Source: an uncultured Acidimicrobiia bacterium
GTDB taxonomy: Bacteria > Acidobacteriota > Terriglobia > Versatilivoradales > Versatilivoraceae
Length of the DNA stretch: 64,000 bases
Reading direction: 5' to 3'
Assembly (NCBI GenBank): GCA_963786955.1
Contig: CAWBAT010000005.1
Coordinates: forward strand, 288,001 to 352,000
Below, one piece after another: positions 30,702-42,217 of the stretch. Position 1 is the first letter of the stretch. The number at the start of each line of letters is the position of its first letter. The notes under the pieces were generated by a model. That model saw nothing but the letters and a program-made list of their open reading frames with translations, did not search any database and was not told the DNA's origin. A program made the position numbers and the translations under genes.

Positions 30702-31652
30702 TCACTGCTTTTTTACTGCTGGCTGATATTTTTTCTCTCCGGCAGGAATCGGAACCTTCAACCAGTTCTGCAAAGGCGGGATCTGGCAGGTACTGTACTT
30801 TGTGTAAGCGCAATAGGGGTTATGGGATTGGTTAAAATCAAGGATCACCTTCCCTGCTGATGGTAAGTCAGCGTAAAGGTAGCGCCCCGCTTCGTAAGTC
30901 TGGTTCCCGTTCGTTTTATCCTTAAACATGAAGAAGAGTTTGTCTGCGTCAGGGGATTCAAGGACCGGTTCCAACTGCAAGGATTTCCCTTGCAGGCTAA
31001 ACCGAACGACACCGGGACACTCCAATTCTTCAACTTGACCGAGGACATTGGCGACCTGAATTTTCTTGGGAGGATGATACGGGGAAAACCTTCCGACGAC
31101 ACGAAAGGCAGAGTTAATTTGGAAAAATGCCAATCCATGGTAGTTCAGCAAGGCTGGATTTTTGGAATAGGAGATGCGAAGTCCCAGCCGGTCTCCACGC
31201 TTGATCATCTTCATCCGCAGTTCCCCCACGCTGAGAAGGTCAGGAACGGCGCCGGATGCATCACTCTGCAAATCCCGGGTTGTGATGCGGGAACCCCGAA
31301 ACAGAACGATGGCGCCTGGGTCCGACTCAAAATGGACCCGATCGGATTTGAGGAACAATCGTCCGACCTTGGCTGGAGCGCTTCCCGGCGGCAGAATGAT
31401 TTGATTGGAGGGCTCAGTCCCTAGAGTATTCTCCCCGGGCTTCAACCAAAAAAGACCCGCCAAAGCCAGAGGACTTTCCTCCGATCTCATCCATTGGTCT
31501 CTTTCCTTTTGGTAGCGAAAGGATTGTGGGTCGGAAGAATTTAATAGGGATTGTGTCCGTCTGGTCTCAGGCACGAAACACCCACACAAGAAGACAATTA
31601 AAATAAACCTTTCCCCGAACCCCAGCCTTAACCTTCGAAAACGATCATTCAT
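30702..31652 (-). CDS. DUF1684 family protein
   Basis: LAGLFWL, FKDKTNGNQTYEAGRYL, LDFN..NPYCAY...CQIPP..N.L...IPAGEK. Confidence 0.88.
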   Translation of the reverse strand: MNDRFRRLRLGFGERFILIVFLCGCFVPETRRTQSLLNSSDPQSFRYQKERDQWMRSEESPLALAGLFWLKPGENTLGTEPSNQIILPPGSAPAKVGRLFLKSDRVHFESDPGAIVLFRGSRITTRDLQSDASGAVPDLLSVGELRMKMIKRGDRLGLRISYSKNPALLNYHGLAFFQINSAFRVVGRFSPYHPPKKIQVANVLGQVEELECPGVVRFSLQGKSLQLEPVLESPDADKLFFMFKDKTNGNQTYEAGRYLYADLPSAGKVILDFNQSHNPYCAYTKYSTCQIPPLQNWLKVPIPAGEKKYQPAVKKQ

Positions 31653-31892
31653 TCCAACTTCCTCTAATGCGTGTCCGATGGGAATGATGCATCCCGTTCC
31701 GTTTCCGTTTCAGCTGCATTACTCCCACAACTCTAGGACGCAAAATTCCGAAACGCAGCAGGCTACTTTCTGGGGCGAATTCTATCATGGCGGGCAAAAT
31801 TCGGTGCGAACAGCGGGGAGAACCAAGTAAGATAGTTGACGAGCGGGGCGCCTGTCCTGCCTAGAAACTGGATAGAAAAGGAAATTCCTTTC

Positions 31893-33008
31893 ATGCACAT
31901 TGAAACTTTAGCCATCCATGCGGGATTAGCCGTGGAAGCAGGCACGGGAGCTCTTACTCCTTCGATCCACTTATCCACTACTTTTGAAAGAGACTCGGAC
32001 GGGAGCTATCCTCGCGGATTTATTTATGCCCGAACGGACAACCCGAACCGCCAGTCCCTGGAAGCTTGCCTTTCTGCTCTCGAGGGAGGCCAAGCGGTGG
32101 CCTTTGCTTCCGGGTCTGCCGCTTCAATGGCAGTTTTTCAGGCTCTCAACCCGGGAGAACACGTGCTTTGTCCCCAAGACGCTTATTACGGGACATCCAA
32201 ACAGTTACGAGAACTCCTGCTTCGCTGGGGGTTGGAAGTAAGTTTCGTGGATATGACGGACCTCTCCGCTCTAATGCGGTCGATCCAAAAGAATACCAAA
32301 CTGTTATGGATCGAGACGCCTTCGAATCCGCTATTAAAAGTCGTTGATATCCGGGCGGTCGCTGATTTGGCCCATGCTGCCGGGGCGCGCGTGGCCTGTG
32401 ACAACACCTGGGCAACTCCGATATTACAGCATCCTATCGAGTGGGGCGCAGACTGTGTCGTTCACGCCACGACCAAATATCTAGGGGGCCACAGCGATGT
32501 CTCAGGAGGGGTCGTGATCACGGCCTCAGAGGATGATTTATTGCAAAGGATCCGCACCCTTCAAACGGCGGGAGGAGCAGTACCCTCCCCCTTCGATTGT
32601 TGGCTGGTTCGTCGGGGAATCAAAACATTGCCGTTTCGGGTACGAATCCAATCAGAGCAAGCCCTCAGAGTTGCGGAGTTCCTGAGCACTCACTCTTCGG
32701 TCGCTGCCGTTCACTATCCGGGTCTTTCCGTTCATCCAAGCCATGAAGTTGCCGCCCGGCAAATGAAAGCGTATGGAGGGATGCTTTCATTCCAGGTACG
32801 TGGAGGGGCTGAGAAAGCGATGTCGGTTGCAGCAAAAGTCAAACTATTTACTCGCGCCACGAGCCTCGGAGGGCTGGAAAGCCTGATCGAGCACCGGGCA
32901 TCGATTGAAGGAGAGGGGACACGGACGCCACCTGATCTGTTGCGGGTTTCGATTGGACTGGAGCATGTGGAAGATTTGATCGAAGACCTTGATCAAGCCC
33001 TGGGATAG
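31893..33008 (+). CDS. Cystathionine gamma-synthase/lyase family PLP enzyme
   Basis: YARTDNPNR, ETPSNP, DNTWATP, HATTKYLGGHSD, SLGGLESLI, RVSIGLE. Confidence 0.93.
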   Translation: MHIETLAIHAGLAVEAGTGALTPSIHLSTTFERDSDGSYPRGFIYARTDNPNRQSLEACLSALEGGQAVAFASGSAASMAVFQALNPGEHVLCPQDAYYGTSKQLRELLLRWGLEVSFVDMTDLSALMRSIQKNTKLLWIETPSNPLLKVVDIRAVADLAHAAGARVACDNTWATPILQHPIEWGADCVVHATTKYLGGHSDVSGGVVITASEDDLLQRIRTLQTAGGAVPSPFDCWLVRRGIKTLPFRVRIQSEQALRVAEFLSTHSSVAAVHYPGLSVHPSHEVAARQMKAYGGMLSFQVRGGAEKAMSVAAKVKLFTRATSLGGLESLIEHRASIEGEGTRTPPDLLRVSIGLEHVEDLIEDLDQALG

Positions 33009-33026
33009 TCTCGCAGCCCCCCTAAA

Positions 33027-34040
33027 TTATTGATCGGTAGCGGAGGTTTTCTTTTTCATGATTTCTTCGAATTCCGGGTGTTTTTCGACGGAATTGTTAA
33101 CCGCCGGCTGACTCTTGAGATACGCGAAGATGGCTTTCAGGTCGCTTTCCTCCATCTGACAATAGAGCAACCAAGGCATCAGAGTGAAGCTTTCGGGACC
33201 AACCTTTGGGGGACCTTGCTCCACGTATTTCCTGTACTGATAGAATTTGTTTAAGAAGTCCTGCTCACTGTATTTACCGATGCCGGTATCTGGGTCCGGG
33301 GTGATGTTCGCGCTCACTACCCTTCCGACGGGGGTCTTGAAAACCATGCCTCCCGCCAATCGCTTTCCAGGAACGGGCTCTCCCTTCTCGGCAGGCGTAT
33401 GGCAACCCTCACATCCTCCGATGGTGACCAGGTATTCACCATACTTAAGTGGATCCTGTTGGGTGACAGGAGGAACGTGTCCCGCTGGCTGAGGGGCACT
33501 CTTGATGAACATCGAAACCGGAAAGTTAATCCGAGTGGGCGGCTGCACCTTTTTGATGGGCTTGAGCGTCTTCATATGAGCAACCACCGAATACACATCT
33601 TCATCACTCATCTTTCGGAAACCTTGATAGGGCATCAATGGGAAGAGCGTCCGGCCATCACGACTCACTCCCTCACGAATAGCCCGAATGATTTCGCCAT
33701 CGGTCCAATTTCCAATCCCGGTTTCTTTATCGGGGGTGATGTTGCGACTCACAACCGTTCCGGGGAAACCCAATTCCGCAGGAAATATAAAACCGGCCCC
33801 TTCTGCCTCAGGCACAATCGGGCCTCCAAATCGGGTGAAGTCGCGCTCGGAATGGCACTCCACGCACAAAGAGACTCGTTCAAATAAATATTTGCCGCGA
33901 GCCAATCGGGCTTCGGTCATTTCGACTTTAATCGTGGAAGGCGGGACCATAGCAGGCGATCTGAAATAAAGGTAGGCAAACCCAAGAGCACAAGTGAAGA
34001 CGAGGATGATCACTCCATAGAGCAGAACTTTCTTAATCAT
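33027..34040 (-). CDS. Membrane-anchored dihaem cytochrome c
   Basis: CVECH and CEGCH, each followed by NITPD..TGIG and MP; N-terminal TM. Confidence 0.92.
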   Translation of the reverse strand: MIKKVLLYGVIILVFTCALGFAYLYFRSPAMVPPSTIKVEMTEARLARGKYLFERVSLCVECHSERDFTRFGGPIVPEAEGAGFIFPAELGFPGTVVSRNITPDKETGIGNWTDGEIIRAIREGVSRDGRTLFPLMPYQGFRKMSDEDVYSVVAHMKTLKPIKKVQPPTRINFPVSMFIKSAPQPAGHVPPVTQQDPLKYGEYLVTIGGCEGCHTPAEKGEPVPGKRLAGGMVFKTPVGRVVSANITPDPDTGIGKYSEQDFLNKFYQYRKYVEQGPPKVGPESFTLMPWLLYCQMEESDLKAIFAYLKSQPAVNNSVEKHPEFEEIMKKKTSATDQ

Positions 34041-34215
34041 GATGGATGGTTCCTTTTAGAAACTTTAACAGCGTACTCCCCAGCGGATAGCCTGCCATGA
34101 GAGGGGGGGGGATTTCAAGTCTCTCTTGACTTTGATCTTGACCGCGCCGGGCTCTGATAATTAAATGTGTTTTTCCATCCGGTGTATTTGCCGATTAGAA
34201 TTGTGAGGTGGGTGG

Positions 34216-36348
34216 TTGAAAAAAATGTTGGTCAAACAAAAAGGGCGGAGGCCTCCCACTAGGTCCCAATCCGAATTGAGATATCGGGTCACCCGGGGGC
34301 ATCCATTGCCTTTAGGAACCGATTTGAGACGGGATGGCATCAATTTTGCCGTTTTCAGTCGTCATGCGACGGCGGTCACACTGGTCATTTTTCTTTCCCG
34401 CACTGAAGATTCGAGCATTGAAATCCCTTTGGATTCCCGCTATAACCGGACAGGGGATGTATGGCATGCCTTTGTCCACGGCCTCGATCCGGGGATTCGC
34501 TATGGTTTCCGCGCGGCCCGCTCGCCCAACCCTGAACCCAGTTTTCATGTCTATGACCCCTCGATCATTTTAATCGATCCATATGCGAAGGCCCTGTCGG
34601 GGGGCTCCCATTGGGGGGAAAGCCTGCATTTGGAAGCGACGCCTTCAGAAAAGAACCGTTTCAAGCACCGCTACTCACTAGTGACGTCAGACGTTTTTGA
34701 TTGGAAAAATGATCAGCCTTTGAATACCCATCTGGCTGATTCCATTATCTATGAAATGCATGTTCGTGGTTTTACGCGGCACTCCTCTTCTAAGGTCAAG
34801 CATCCCGGAACCTTTCGAGGCGTTATGGAAAAGATTCCATACCTCAAGAAATTGGGCATCACGGCCGTGGAACTCATGCCCATCACCGAATTTGAGGAGA
34901 ATGATAACCCCAATCACAACCCGGTCACGGGGGAGCCATTGAAGAATTTTTGGGGATATAATCCGATTTCGTTTTTCGCTCCAAAGGCATCCTATGCAAC
35001 CGATGGGGAGAAGAATAATTCGGTTCGGGAATTTAAGAGCATGGTCAAAGCCCTGCACGAAGCAGGAATTGAGGTCATTCTCGACATGGTCTTCAATCAC
35101 ACGGCCGAAGGGAACGAGAAGGGCCCCACGCTCTGCTATCGCGGGTTGGACAATATGGTTTATTACATGATCGATCCCATCACGGGGAAGCACGCCAACT
35201 ATTCCGGCTGCGGCAATACCTTGAACTGCAATCATCCGGTGGTCCGTAACCTGATTATCGAGAGCCTCCGCTATTGGGTGACGGAGATGCACGTCGACGG
35301 ATTTCGGTTCGATCTGGCTTCGATCCTAGGACGTGGTATGGATGGGTCCGTGCTCCCGAACCCACCCTTGCTTGAGATGATTGCCGCCGATCCCGTGCTG
35401 GCCAATACCAAACTGATTGCCGAAGCGTGGGATGCAGCCGGCCTTTATCAAGTCGGCACATTTCCCAATTGGGGGCGTTGGGCAGAATGGAATGGGAAAT
35501 TTCGCGATGATATCCGCCGCTTTGCCAGAGGGGACTCTGAGATGGTTCCTGCTTTAGCTACCCGCCTGGCCGGAAGTTCCGATCTCTATCAGGAAGGCGG
35601 CCGGGCGCCGTACCACAGCATCAACTTCGTGACGAGTCATGATGGCTTCACGCTCTTGGATCTGGTGTCCTATAGCCGGAAACACAATGCATTGAATGGG
35701 GAGAATAATACGGACGGCGCGGATGACAATTCCAGCTGGAATTGTGGCGTCGAAGGTCCCACCGATTCCGCAGAGATCAATAGATTCAGGAAGCAGCAGG
35801 CTAAGAATTTGGCAACGCTTTTGTTACTAGCCCAGGGAGTTCCTATGATTCATGGCGGAGACGAAGTGGGTAGGAGCCAGCAGGGCAACAACAACGCCTA
35901 TTGCCAGGACAATGAAATCAGCTGGTTCAACTGGAATCTGCTCGAAGAGAACTCAGATTTGTTTCGTTTCTTCAAAGCGCTGATCGCCTTTCGCAAGAGG
36001 CACCCAATCCTGCGCCGGAGGACCTACGTGGGTGGAAATGGCGACCTGCCTCCCTTTCTTTGGCACGGAGTGAAGCCGCGCCAGCCGGACTGGAGCACCA
36101 CCTCACACTTCCTGGCGATGCAACTGACAGGAGGAGCGGAAGACAATGACATTTTAGTGATGTGTAATTCCTGTGATAGAAGCCTGTCTGTCGAATTGGC
36201 CAAGCCCACACGGGACTCCCGCTGGTACTTGTTTCTGGACACCTCCTTGGACCCTCCTCGCGAGACGGGCGAAAAGAACCGATTCATCCCCAATCAACTG
36301 AATTACGGAGTCGCCGCTCATAGCGTGGTGGTGCTGGTGAGCGGGTAA
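34216..36348 (+). CDS. glgX: Glycogen debranching enzyme (isoamylase, GH13)
   Basis: [57 protein letters not shown]. Confidence 0.97.
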   Translation: MKKMLVKQKGRRPPTRSQSELRYRVTRGHPLPLGTDLRRDGINFAVFSRHATAVTLVIFLSRTEDSSIEIPLDSRYNRTGDVWHAFVHGLDPGIRYGFRAARSPNPEPSFHVYDPSIILIDPYAKALSGGSHWGESLHLEATPSEKNRFKHRYSLVTSDVFDWKNDQPLNTHLADSIIYEMHVRGFTRHSSSKVKHPGTFRGVMEKIPYLKKLGITAVELMPITEFEENDNPNHNPVTGEPLKNFWGYNPISFFAPKASYATDGEKNNSVREFKSMVKALHEAGIEVILDMVFNHTAEGNEKGPTLCYRGLDNMVYYMIDPITGKHANYSGCGNTLNCNHPVVRNLIIESLRYWVTEMHVDGFRFDLASILGRGMDGSVLPNPPLLEMIAADPVLANTKLIAEAWDAAGLYQVGTFPNWGRWAEWNGKFRDDIRRFARGDSEMVPALATRLAGSSDLYQEGGRAPYHSINFVTSHDGFTLLDLVSYSRKHNALNGENNTDGADDNSSWNCGVEGPTDSAEINRFRKQQAKNLATLLLLAQGVPMIHGGDEVGRSQQGNNNAYCQDNEISWFNWNLLEENSDLFRFFKALIAFRKRHPILRRRTYVGGNGDLPPFLWHGVKPRQPDWSTTSHFLAMQLTGGAEDNDILVMCNSCDRSLSVELAKPTRDSRWYLFLDTSLDPPRETGEKNRFIPNQLNYGVAAHSVVVLVSG

Positions 36349-36796
36349 AATCCTCAAAACACGATTTCGGCGTCCCCCTATTGGGACGACCGTGAACGGT
36401 GTGCTTGCGTACCCCGCTGTTCACGGATCGTTCCGGAGCTGAATTGTATCATTTGTGAATTGAGGATATAAACGGGAGGCTCCTGACCGCGCCAGACGCA
36501 AAGCGTCAACATTGATAGCAAAGAAGCTAATCCCACGTTGTGATGCGGGCATCTGGCCTGCACAGATGTTCATATCCCGGCGTTGGTCTCGGCAAGACCA
36601 CCCTACCTTCAGAATGGGCGCAGTAACAAAGGCGGGCGGGAGCAATGCGTTGTAATAGGCTTGAGATTTGACCTAAAAAATGAAATGATCCCACCCCATT
36701 CACGTCCGGATGCCCCTGATCGTTCAATAGGGGTGGGACTTGAAGATTTTCGACAACGATACTTAATGGTATCTCAACTTCTAATAGGAGGTTTTC

Positions 36797-37300
36797 ATGA
36801 ATTACAGAAAGACGACATTCTTAGTCCTGGGACTCTGCTGCTTTTTGACGACGACGCTCTGGGCACAAACAAGTCCGGCGGGAGCGGCACAACAGAAGGA
36901 CCAGACTCAAGCCTATGTTGACCTGATGCGTAAGAACCTGCGCACCGAGAAGCAGTCAATCGTGGATGCCGCTATGGAACTGGAAGCCGCAGACAAGGCC
37001 AAATTTTGGGCAGTCTATGAAAAATACCAAAAGGAATTGAACGGAATTTGGGATCAGAGACTGGCAAACATCAAGAAATACGCCGAAAATTACGGCAACA
37101 TGACGGACGCTATAGCCGATCAACTTGCCATTACGGCACTCAACATTGAAGATCAGAATAAAGCATTGAAGCGAAAATACTACGCCCAGTTTAAGACCGC
37201 AATGAATGCCCGAGTGGCAGCACGATTTCTGCAAGTTGAAAGTGCTCTAGGTCACCTGATTGACCTGCAACTGGCTACTGAAATTCCCCTAGTCAAGTAG
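36797..37300 (+). CDS. Hypothetical secreted alpha-helical protein
   Basis: AGGAGG RBS, signal peptide, FWAVYEKY and AARFLQVE motifs. Confidence 0.8.
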   Translation: MNYRKTTFLVLGLCCFLTTTLWAQTSPAGAAQQKDQTQAYVDLMRKNLRTEKQSIVDAAMELEAADKAKFWAVYEKYQKELNGIWDQRLANIKKYAENYGNMTDAIADQLAITALNIEDQNKALKRKYYAQFKTAMNARVAARFLQVESALGHLIDLQLATEIPLVK

Positions 37301-37620
37301 TGGCGCGTTACCGAACGCGCCGTGCAGATGGAACGCGTGCCCCACAATTTATGGGATAATTGTTGTTGTCGCGACAGACAGACTCTTTCTTCAGAAAAAA
37401 TTCAGGTGTTGAAAATTGCTGGTACTTTTCGATTAGAAAGGTATTTTCACCTCAAGGGTTTCAGAATTAAATGCTTTGCATTAGAATTGGGGGTAAGAAA
37501 CCTCCGGACAGCCCATTTGAGGCTGCCCACACTTCCAAGATGGACGGATTGCGATATCCTATTGATTAATTCCATTGATTGAATTCGGAGAATTCAATCC
37601 AAGACAAGAAAGGAGACTTT

Positions 37621-38169
37621 ATGTCGAGCGTGAAGAAGATTAATGTAGCCCAAACCTTATTGGTGTTGTGTGTAACCGTGCTTTTCAGTGGTACTCTGGC
37701 ACAGGCCCAAAGTGTGACCTACCAAGCCATGCCGGGCACGAATTTCGCCAGTTTCCACACCTACGAATGGGCCAATATTCCAGGGGGCATGCACCCGGAT
37801 CAAATTACAGATCAAGAAATCAGGCAGGCCGTCGATTCACAACTCGCCACTAAGGGATTTACCAAGGCCACTAATGGCAACCCGGACTTGTACGTCTGCT
37901 ACCAGATCGCAGTCGATCAAGAGAGGCAATGGAATGCAATGGGTGGAGGCTTTCGCTTTGGCGGGATGGGCATGGGAACAGCTACGAGTTCAACCATCAG
38001 CAACGGCACACTCGTCCTCGACTTTTATGTCGCCGCAACAAAAACTCAAGTCTGGCAGGGCAGAGCTACGAAAACTCTAAATCCGAGCAGTAATCAGCAA
38101 AAGAACATAAAGAACCTGAATAATGGTATCGCGAAGTTGATGAAGAACTTTCCTCCACCGAACAAATGA
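37621..38169 (+). CDS. DUF4136 family secreted protein
   Basis: NFASFHTYEW, AVDSQLATKGF, GTLVLD, VWQGRA, KLMKNFPP; AAGGAG RBS before ATG 37621. Confidence 0.85.
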   Translation: MSSVKKINVAQTLLVLCVTVLFSGTLAQAQSVTYQAMPGTNFASFHTYEWANIPGGMHPDQITDQEIRQAVDSQLATKGFTKATNGNPDLYVCYQIAVDQERQWNAMGGGFRFGGMGMGTATSSTISNGTLVLDFYVAATKTQVWQGRATKTLNPSSNQQKNIKNLNNGIAKLMKNFPPPNK

Positions 38170-38471
38170 AAGCGAGATCCATAAGGTATTGCGGGATGAC
38201 TGATTCGAGCATTGTCATCCCGCCTTCAGTAGCGGACGCTATGTGTAGTAGCCAAAGCCTGCCCTTTGTTTAAAAAGAAGCATTTTAAAGAGAACCCTTT
38301 TTGTCTAATCTCTGTCCCTGATTTTCCTCCATGTAAGTCGTTCCCAAGACTCAGGATGGTGACTAAGTTAAGGGCTTGGTTTCATTAATCTAATTACGAA
38401 TTACTATTTCTTTGATTCCCTTCGCGTAAGAACCTTGCGACAAGGGCATACGTCGGAATAAGAGAGGACCT

Positions 38472-39395
38472 ATGAAAATGAAAAGCATAACGGTGAGAGC
38501 CGCGTTTAATCTAGTTCTTGCTTTCGGAGCATTTCTGTTGTTGGGTGGCATTGCCACCGCACAAAACGACCAAGTGAAGGGCGTGATCAATGGACGGAAT
38601 GGGTCCATGATGACCGTCCAGACTCAAGGTTCCGGGATTGTAACCGTTCTCCTCACGCCCGCCACGCAGGTGCTGGAACCCGAAGGAGTCTTCCGCAAGA
38701 AGCACCTAGCCATAACGGCTCTTATTCCAGGGCTCCCGGTGGAAGTGAAAGGAGGCTTCAATACCCAGAACCAACTGGTCGCCAGTACCGTCATGTTCCA
38801 TGGCTCTGATCTTCAGACTGCCCAGGACATTCAAGCGGGTATAACCCCAACCGAACAGCAAGTTCAACAAAGCCAGAAGCAAATACAGGCACAAGAGCAA
38901 CAAATAAAGCAGCAACAGCAGCAGCTTCAAGCCGAACAGCAGGCGAGTGCCGCGCACGCAGCCGAAATTGCAGCGAACAAGGCAGCAATTGCTGCGGCGA
39001 ACAAGCGTTTTGGTGAGCTGGCTGAATACAATATTTTGGGTGAGGTAACCGTTCTCTTTGGTAACGGGAAGGTGATGGTTGAGGAGCAGTATAAGCCACA
39101 ATTGCTGAAATTGGCCCAGCAGGCCAAGGGAATCACTGGCTACGTCATTCAGGTGAAAGGGTATGCCTCGAAGGTCGGGAGTGCGGCTCTTAACCAGAAA
39201 TTGAGCGCGGAGCGGGCTGAGAACGTGACAAGCTTTCTCGAACAGCAGGGCCATATTCCGCTGACAAACATCCTGGCCCCCGGCGCAATGGGCGCCAGTA
39301 GGCAAGTGGCTCCCGATACCACGGCAGAGGGACAGGCGGAGAACCGCCGGGTCGTAGTCAGGATCCTGCAGAACAAGGGTATCGCCGGCAATTGA
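38472..39395 (+). CDS. OmpA-like peptidoglycan-binding protein with N-terminal OB-like domain and Gln-rich coiled coil
   Basis: Signal peptide; VKGYA, NQKLSAERA, GQAENRRVVV. Confidence 0.9.
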   Translation: MKMKSITVRAAFNLVLAFGAFLLLGGIATAQNDQVKGVINGRNGSMMTVQTQGSGIVTVLLTPATQVLEPEGVFRKKHLAITALIPGLPVEVKGGFNTQNQLVASTVMFHGSDLQTAQDIQAGITPTEQQVQQSQKQIQAQEQQIKQQQQQLQAEQQASAAHAAEIAANKAAIAAANKRFGELAEYNILGEVTVLFGNGKVMVEEQYKPQLLKLAQQAKGITGYVIQVKGYASKVGSAALNQKLSAERAENVTSFLEQQGHIPLTNILAPGAMGASRQVAPDTTAEGQAENRRVVVRILQNKGIAGN

Positions 39396-39845
39396 GGGAA
39401 GGCACTCGGAAGTGGCGAGGGGGCGGTCCGTGTGATTTCTTCCGCCCTCACCCACCCTGCCTCTGTCGAATTGATATTTTGACCGATTCTAACGGTGACT
39501 GCGCTGACCAAGTAAGGTAAGTCACACTTGCGGAGAGTAGCCAACCGCACCGTGATCACAAGCTCAAACAGCAAATAGTTTCATTGGAAGTGCAGTTTTC
39601 CGATGTCCGCCGGATCCCAAAAGGCCGTCCGGGGTCAACGCCCCCGGCTAAATCCAAACCTTGCGACATCGCACGGCAGGCCTGGAAGCCTTTCCCCACA
39701 CGGGATAGGTGCAACAGCCCTCGAGGCCTGATCTCCGAACCCAGAGGTCCCGGCTTCAAAATGTTGGAGAAACGATATAACGACGATGCCTGAGGGGTCC
39801 TGGGGATGGAATAAGTCGAGTAACTATCTTCTGTGAGATTACCCC

Positions 39846-40883
39846 ATGAACTTATTGATGGCTTTTTTCGGATGGGCCCTTGTTCTGTGGACTCTTTTGG
39901 ATGCGTTCGAGCAGGTCATATTGCCGCGCATGGAGTCACACGTCTTTCGAATTTCCAGTTTGGCGCGGCGATGTACCTGGACCCCCTGGAAGGCCTTGGC
40001 TCGTCGAATAAGCTCGGCAGAGCGCCGCGCCGCTTTTCTGGGCTACTACGGCCCATTTTCAATCTTGATTCTGCTGGCGAGCTGGGACTTGTCCGTAATT
40101 CTGGGCTTCTCTCTGGGTTGGTGGGCAACCCGGGAAGGTTCCTTCATGACCCGGTTTTACGTCAGCGGTTCAAACTGGTTCGCGCTGGGGTTGAGCAATC
40201 CACCTGTAACCGACATCGCCAGGCTGACGACGCTAGTGGAGGCTGGTCTCGGTCTGGCCTTCTTGGCGGTCATCATTGGATATCTGCCGGTTTACTACGG
40301 CGCCTACTCCACTCGTGAGGTCTTTATCATCCGTTTTCAGTCAGCGGCGGGGAGTCCATGCACGGCGCTTGAGATCGCGAGAAAATTCGCCCCCTTAGAC
40401 AAAAGTATGACGCTTCAACTCCTGATGGAATGCCAAGCCTGGGCTGCACATGTCCTTCAGAGCCAGCGTTCTTATCCTCTCGTCGCCTTGTACCGGTCGC
40501 AAAAAGGAAATGATTCCTGGCTGGCGGTTTTGACAGTGATTCTCGATGCCTGTGCATTGTGGATCACTGTCCAAAAAGACAAAATCCAACTAGGTTCCCA
40601 ACCAACTTTTGGGGTGGCCTTCCGGGCAGCAACGGATCTCGCAAGTGCCTTCAGACTGAAGCCGAAGTCGCCGCCAACGGACCGCCTGCCCAGAGCTGCT
40701 TTTCAAATGCTCTTCCAGGCGCTGGCCGATGCCGGCATCGAAGTAGGCGCCCCCGAGGAAACCGAACGCAATCTGGCCGAACTCCGTGGGCTGTACGAAC
40801 CTTATATCTACGCTCTGTCGCAGTACTTGTACATGGAGTTGCCTCCATGGATCAAGGTCGAGGGTATAACCGCTAGTATTTAA
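39846..40883 (+). CDS. Potassium-channel-like membrane protein with atypical pore motif
   Basis: TM-pore-TM layout (FYVSGSNWFALGLSN...VEAGLG...IGYLPVYY), cytoplasmic tail with SYPLVALYRS and SWLA.L.VILD. Confidence 0.75.
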   Translation: MNLLMAFFGWALVLWTLLDAFEQVILPRMESHVFRISSLARRCTWTPWKALARRISSAERRAAFLGYYGPFSILILLASWDLSVILGFSLGWWATREGSFMTRFYVSGSNWFALGLSNPPVTDIARLTTLVEAGLGLAFLAVIIGYLPVYYGAYSTREVFIIRFQSAAGSPCTALEIARKFAPLDKSMTLQLLMECQAWAAHVLQSQRSYPLVALYRSQKGNDSWLAVLTVILDACALWITVQKDKIQLGSQPTFGVAFRAATDLASAFRLKPKSPPTDRLPRAAFQMLFQALADAGIEVGAPEETERNLAELRGLYEPYIYALSQYLYMELPPWIKVEGITASI

Positions 40884-40949
40884 GTTGCAGAAGTCCATGT
40901 TGTAGCTGGCCTCGTAGAGGCCGGCCGGGGGCAGCAACCTCGGCTGCAG

Positions 40950-41153
40950 CAATTACCGAGAACAGGCTCAATTCAGTCTAAGTGGCCTGGATCAATTGTA
41001 GCCGGGGCCGCTGGCCCCGGACAGGGGCCGGCCTCAGCGAGGCCGGCTACAACAATTACCGAGAACAGGCTCAATTCAGCCTAAGTGCCTGGATCAGTTG
41101 TAGCCGGGGCCGTTGGCCCCGGACAGGGGCCGGCCTCAGCGAGGCCGGCTACA
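40950..41153. repeat. Direct tandem duplication (about 103 bp x2) of a REP doublet
   Basis: Unit caattaccgagaacagg...tgtagccggggccg(c/t)tggccccgg...ggcctcagcgaggccggctaca starts at 40950 and 41053. Confidence 0.9.
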
Positions 41154-41263
41154 GCAAGCGTTGAGATGTTTCGGTCAAGGACGGCGGCTGCGGACTACTC
41201 GGAAAGTTGCCTGTGGCTGCACCTCATGCATAATGCAACAGTGATCGAAGAGGAAAGAGCCTG

Positions 41264-42217
41264 ATGCCCTCCGTTACGAAACCGCGTCTAGCGGGTTTGT
41301 TCCTTCTGCTCAGCCTTGCTTCCCCTGTCAGCTATGCCCAGGACCTCACTCCACGTGCCTACGTCATTACGCCGATTCATGCAAACGCAGTCACCTTGAC
41401 CTATTCTTCCTTCAACGGCAGCATTTTCTTCATTCCGACCCTCCCAATAGAGGATACTACTGGAAACCCTCAAGTACAAATCTTCAGTTACTATCACGCT
41501 CTGAATTTCTTCGGCCGTTCGGCCAACATCGTCGCTTCGCTGCCCTATGGGTTTGGCCATTTTCAAGGGAAGGTTCTTGGCACAGATCAAGAAATTTATC
41601 GCTCCGGCCTATTGGATGCCGTCTTTCGATTCTCCGTGAACCTGAAGGGCGGCCCGGCCATGGCCCCTAAAGAATTTGCAGGGTGGCGACAGAAGTGGGT
41701 CATTGGAGCGAGCCTTACAGTGTATGCTCCAACGGGTCAATATGATCCGGTCCGACTGATCAACCAGAGTGCCAACCGCTGGGCCTTTAAACCGGAACTG
41801 GGGATTTCCCGGCGTCGGGGCCACTGGGTCCTCGATGTTTATGGAGGCGTATGGTTTTTCACAACCAATGCAGATTATTTTTCAAACACCCCTTTGGTCA
41901 ATCCGAACGGGACAAACACTTTCTCTCAGAAACCCGTTGGCGCTTTCGAAGGGCATTTGAGTTACGATGTTAAATCACGGCTTTGGTTCTCCCTCGACGG
42001 GAATTTCTGGGTCGGCGGCCGTACCAGCATCAACGGCGTGGAGAATCCCCTCACTCTCCAAGCAAATTCTCGCATCGGGGGCACGGCTTCCGTGCCGCTT
42101 TCAAAGCATCAGTCTCTCAAGTTTAGCTTTAACACTGGTGCCTATATCCGCTTAGGGGGAGACTACCACAACGTTTCAGTGGCCTGGCAATACTCGTGGA
42201 TAGGCCGCCCCAAATAG
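41264..42217 (+). CDS. Outer-membrane beta-barrel, phenol MetA-pathway/SphA-like transporter family
   Basis: Signal peptide, QDLTPRAY, PTGQYD...NRWAFKPELG, C-terminal VAWQYSW. Confidence 0.8.
   Translation: MPSVTKPRLAGLFLLLSLASPVSYAQDLTPRAYVITPIHANAVTLTYSSFNGSIFFIPTLPIEDTTGNPQVQIFSYYHALNFFGRSANIVASLPYGFGHFQGKVLGTDQEIYRSGLLDAVFRFSVNLKGGPAMAPKEFAGWRQKWVIGASLTVYAPTGQYDPVRLINQSANRWAFKPELGISRRRGHWVLDVYGGVWFFTTNADYFSNTPLVNPNGTNTFSQKPVGAFEGHLSYDVKSRLWFSLDGNFWVGGRTSINGVENPLTLQANSRIGGTASVPLSKHQSLKFSFNTGAYIRLGGDYHNVSVAWQYSWIGRPK

Noticed and set aside
31655-31892. SAM riboswitch upstream of the cystathionine lyase gene
   Set aside because: No SAM-I core (ATC..GAG, GCAACC, GTGC) in the expected order.
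36460-36530. c-di-GMP-I riboswitch suggested by GACGCAAAGC at 36495
   Set aside because: The upstream GCAAAC and GNRA-capped stem of that aptamer are missing.
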